A program made the position numbers and the translations under genes. This document shows positions 63,310 through 64,000 of a stretch of 64,000 nucleotides of DNA, one piece after another; positions within the stretch are counted from its first letter, which is position 1; each line of letters opens with the position of its first letter. Where the stretch lies: assembly GCA_965261395.1 (NCBI GenBank), contig OZ253462.1:4224001-4288000 (forward strand), written 5' to 3'. The stretch is from Candidatus Latescibacterota bacterium. GTDB taxonomy: Bacteria > Latescibacterota > UBA2968 > UBA8231. The notes beneath the pieces are model-generated. The model saw only the letters and a program-made list of their open reading frames with translations, searched no databases and was not told the DNA's origin.

Positions 63310-64000
63310 GGAGCCTCGCGCCCTTCCGACTGCGGAGCATTGCCGTTGGCCTGCGGCTTGGCGGGGCTGCTGGGCGAAGTCTCTTGATTGGGTCTAGGCG
63401 GCAGCTCTATCCCGTGCTCTGCGAGCAAGTTGCGCAGTTGGTCGCCGTCCATCACCTCTTTCTCAAAGAGTATTTCGACGACATCCTCCAGCGCTTGCCG
63501 ATGCTGGGTGAGCAGGGCCTTGGCTCGCGTGTACCCTGAGCCGATGATGTCCTTGATTTCCTCGTCGATGAGCCTAGCCGTCTCGTCGCTGTACGCGCGA
63601 TCGGCCGGGGGCATGCCCAGTAACTGTTGCGAGCGGTCCGTTCGGTGAGCAACCAAGCCAATCCGCTGGCTCATGCCGAACTCTTTGACCATCCGCTCGG
63701 CCATTTGCGTGGCCTGCTGCAAGTCGTTGGCCGCGCCGGTGGATATTTCGCTAAAGACGATCTCCTCGGCCGCCCGGCCGCCCAAAATCGCGGCCAAGGT
63801 ATCCTGCAGCTCCTCCTTGGTCATTAAATAGCGGTCCTCCAGCGGCATATTCAGCGTGTAGCCCAAGGCGGCGATGCCCCGCGATACGATAGAGATCTTC
63901 TGCACGGGATTGGCCTCGGGCAAAACCTCGCCGACTATGGCGTGACCCGCCTCGTGGTACGCGACGATCCGGCGTTCCTTCTCGTTGAGCACGCGGCTTT
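63306..64000 (-). CDS. ftsH: FtsH ATP-dependent zinc metalloprotease (C-terminal part)
   Basis: AYHEAGHA, LGGRAAEE, STGAANDL, FGMS. Confidence 0.95.
   Translation of the reverse strand, partial: SRVLNEKERRIVAYHEAGHAIVGEVLPEANPVQKISIVSRGIAALGYTLNMPLEDRYLMTKEELQDTLAAILGGRAAEEIVFSEISTGAANDLQQATQMAERMVKEFGMSQRIGLVAHRTDRSQQLLGMPPADRAYSDETARLIDEEIKDIIGSGYTRAKALLTQHRQALEDVVEILFEKEVMDGDQLRNLLAEHGIELPPRPNQETSPSSPAKPQANGNAPQSEGREAP

Overview
GC-rich bacterial chromosomal segment, probably FCB-superphylum or Latescibacterota-like. This is inferred from a PorV-like barrel, a Bacteroidota-type bS22, a BMC satellite locus and a DUF6785-type cluster. Most of the window is housekeeping genes: leuS, mutL, hprK, rsgA, two prs copies, apt, metB/thrC, ychF, three tRNAs, hup, mreBC, purB, pyrH, cysC, gdhA and ftsH. 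It also holds a VapBC-like pair, a TatT/TRAP transporter, McrBC, a PspA-DUF350-DUF4178-aminopropyltransferase operon, a three-gene giant membrane system (DUF6785-like / M28-FtsX fusion / OPT-like with PDZ) and a tnpB remnant. The most striking unannotated signal is a set of four dif-like 11-(6/7)-11 sites (2018, 5523, 11090, 28547). Their orientation flips across a stand-alone tyrosine recombinase, which has a separate near-palindromic 11-6-11 site just upstream (3157-3184). Gene orientation also converges there, suggesting a replication-terminus Xer system with multiple polar auxiliary sites. Two small genes missing from the ORF track (bS22, DUF5989-like) and a candidate 6S-like ncRNA were found by reading intergenic DNA. 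All family assignments come from motif recognition by eye, not database searches.
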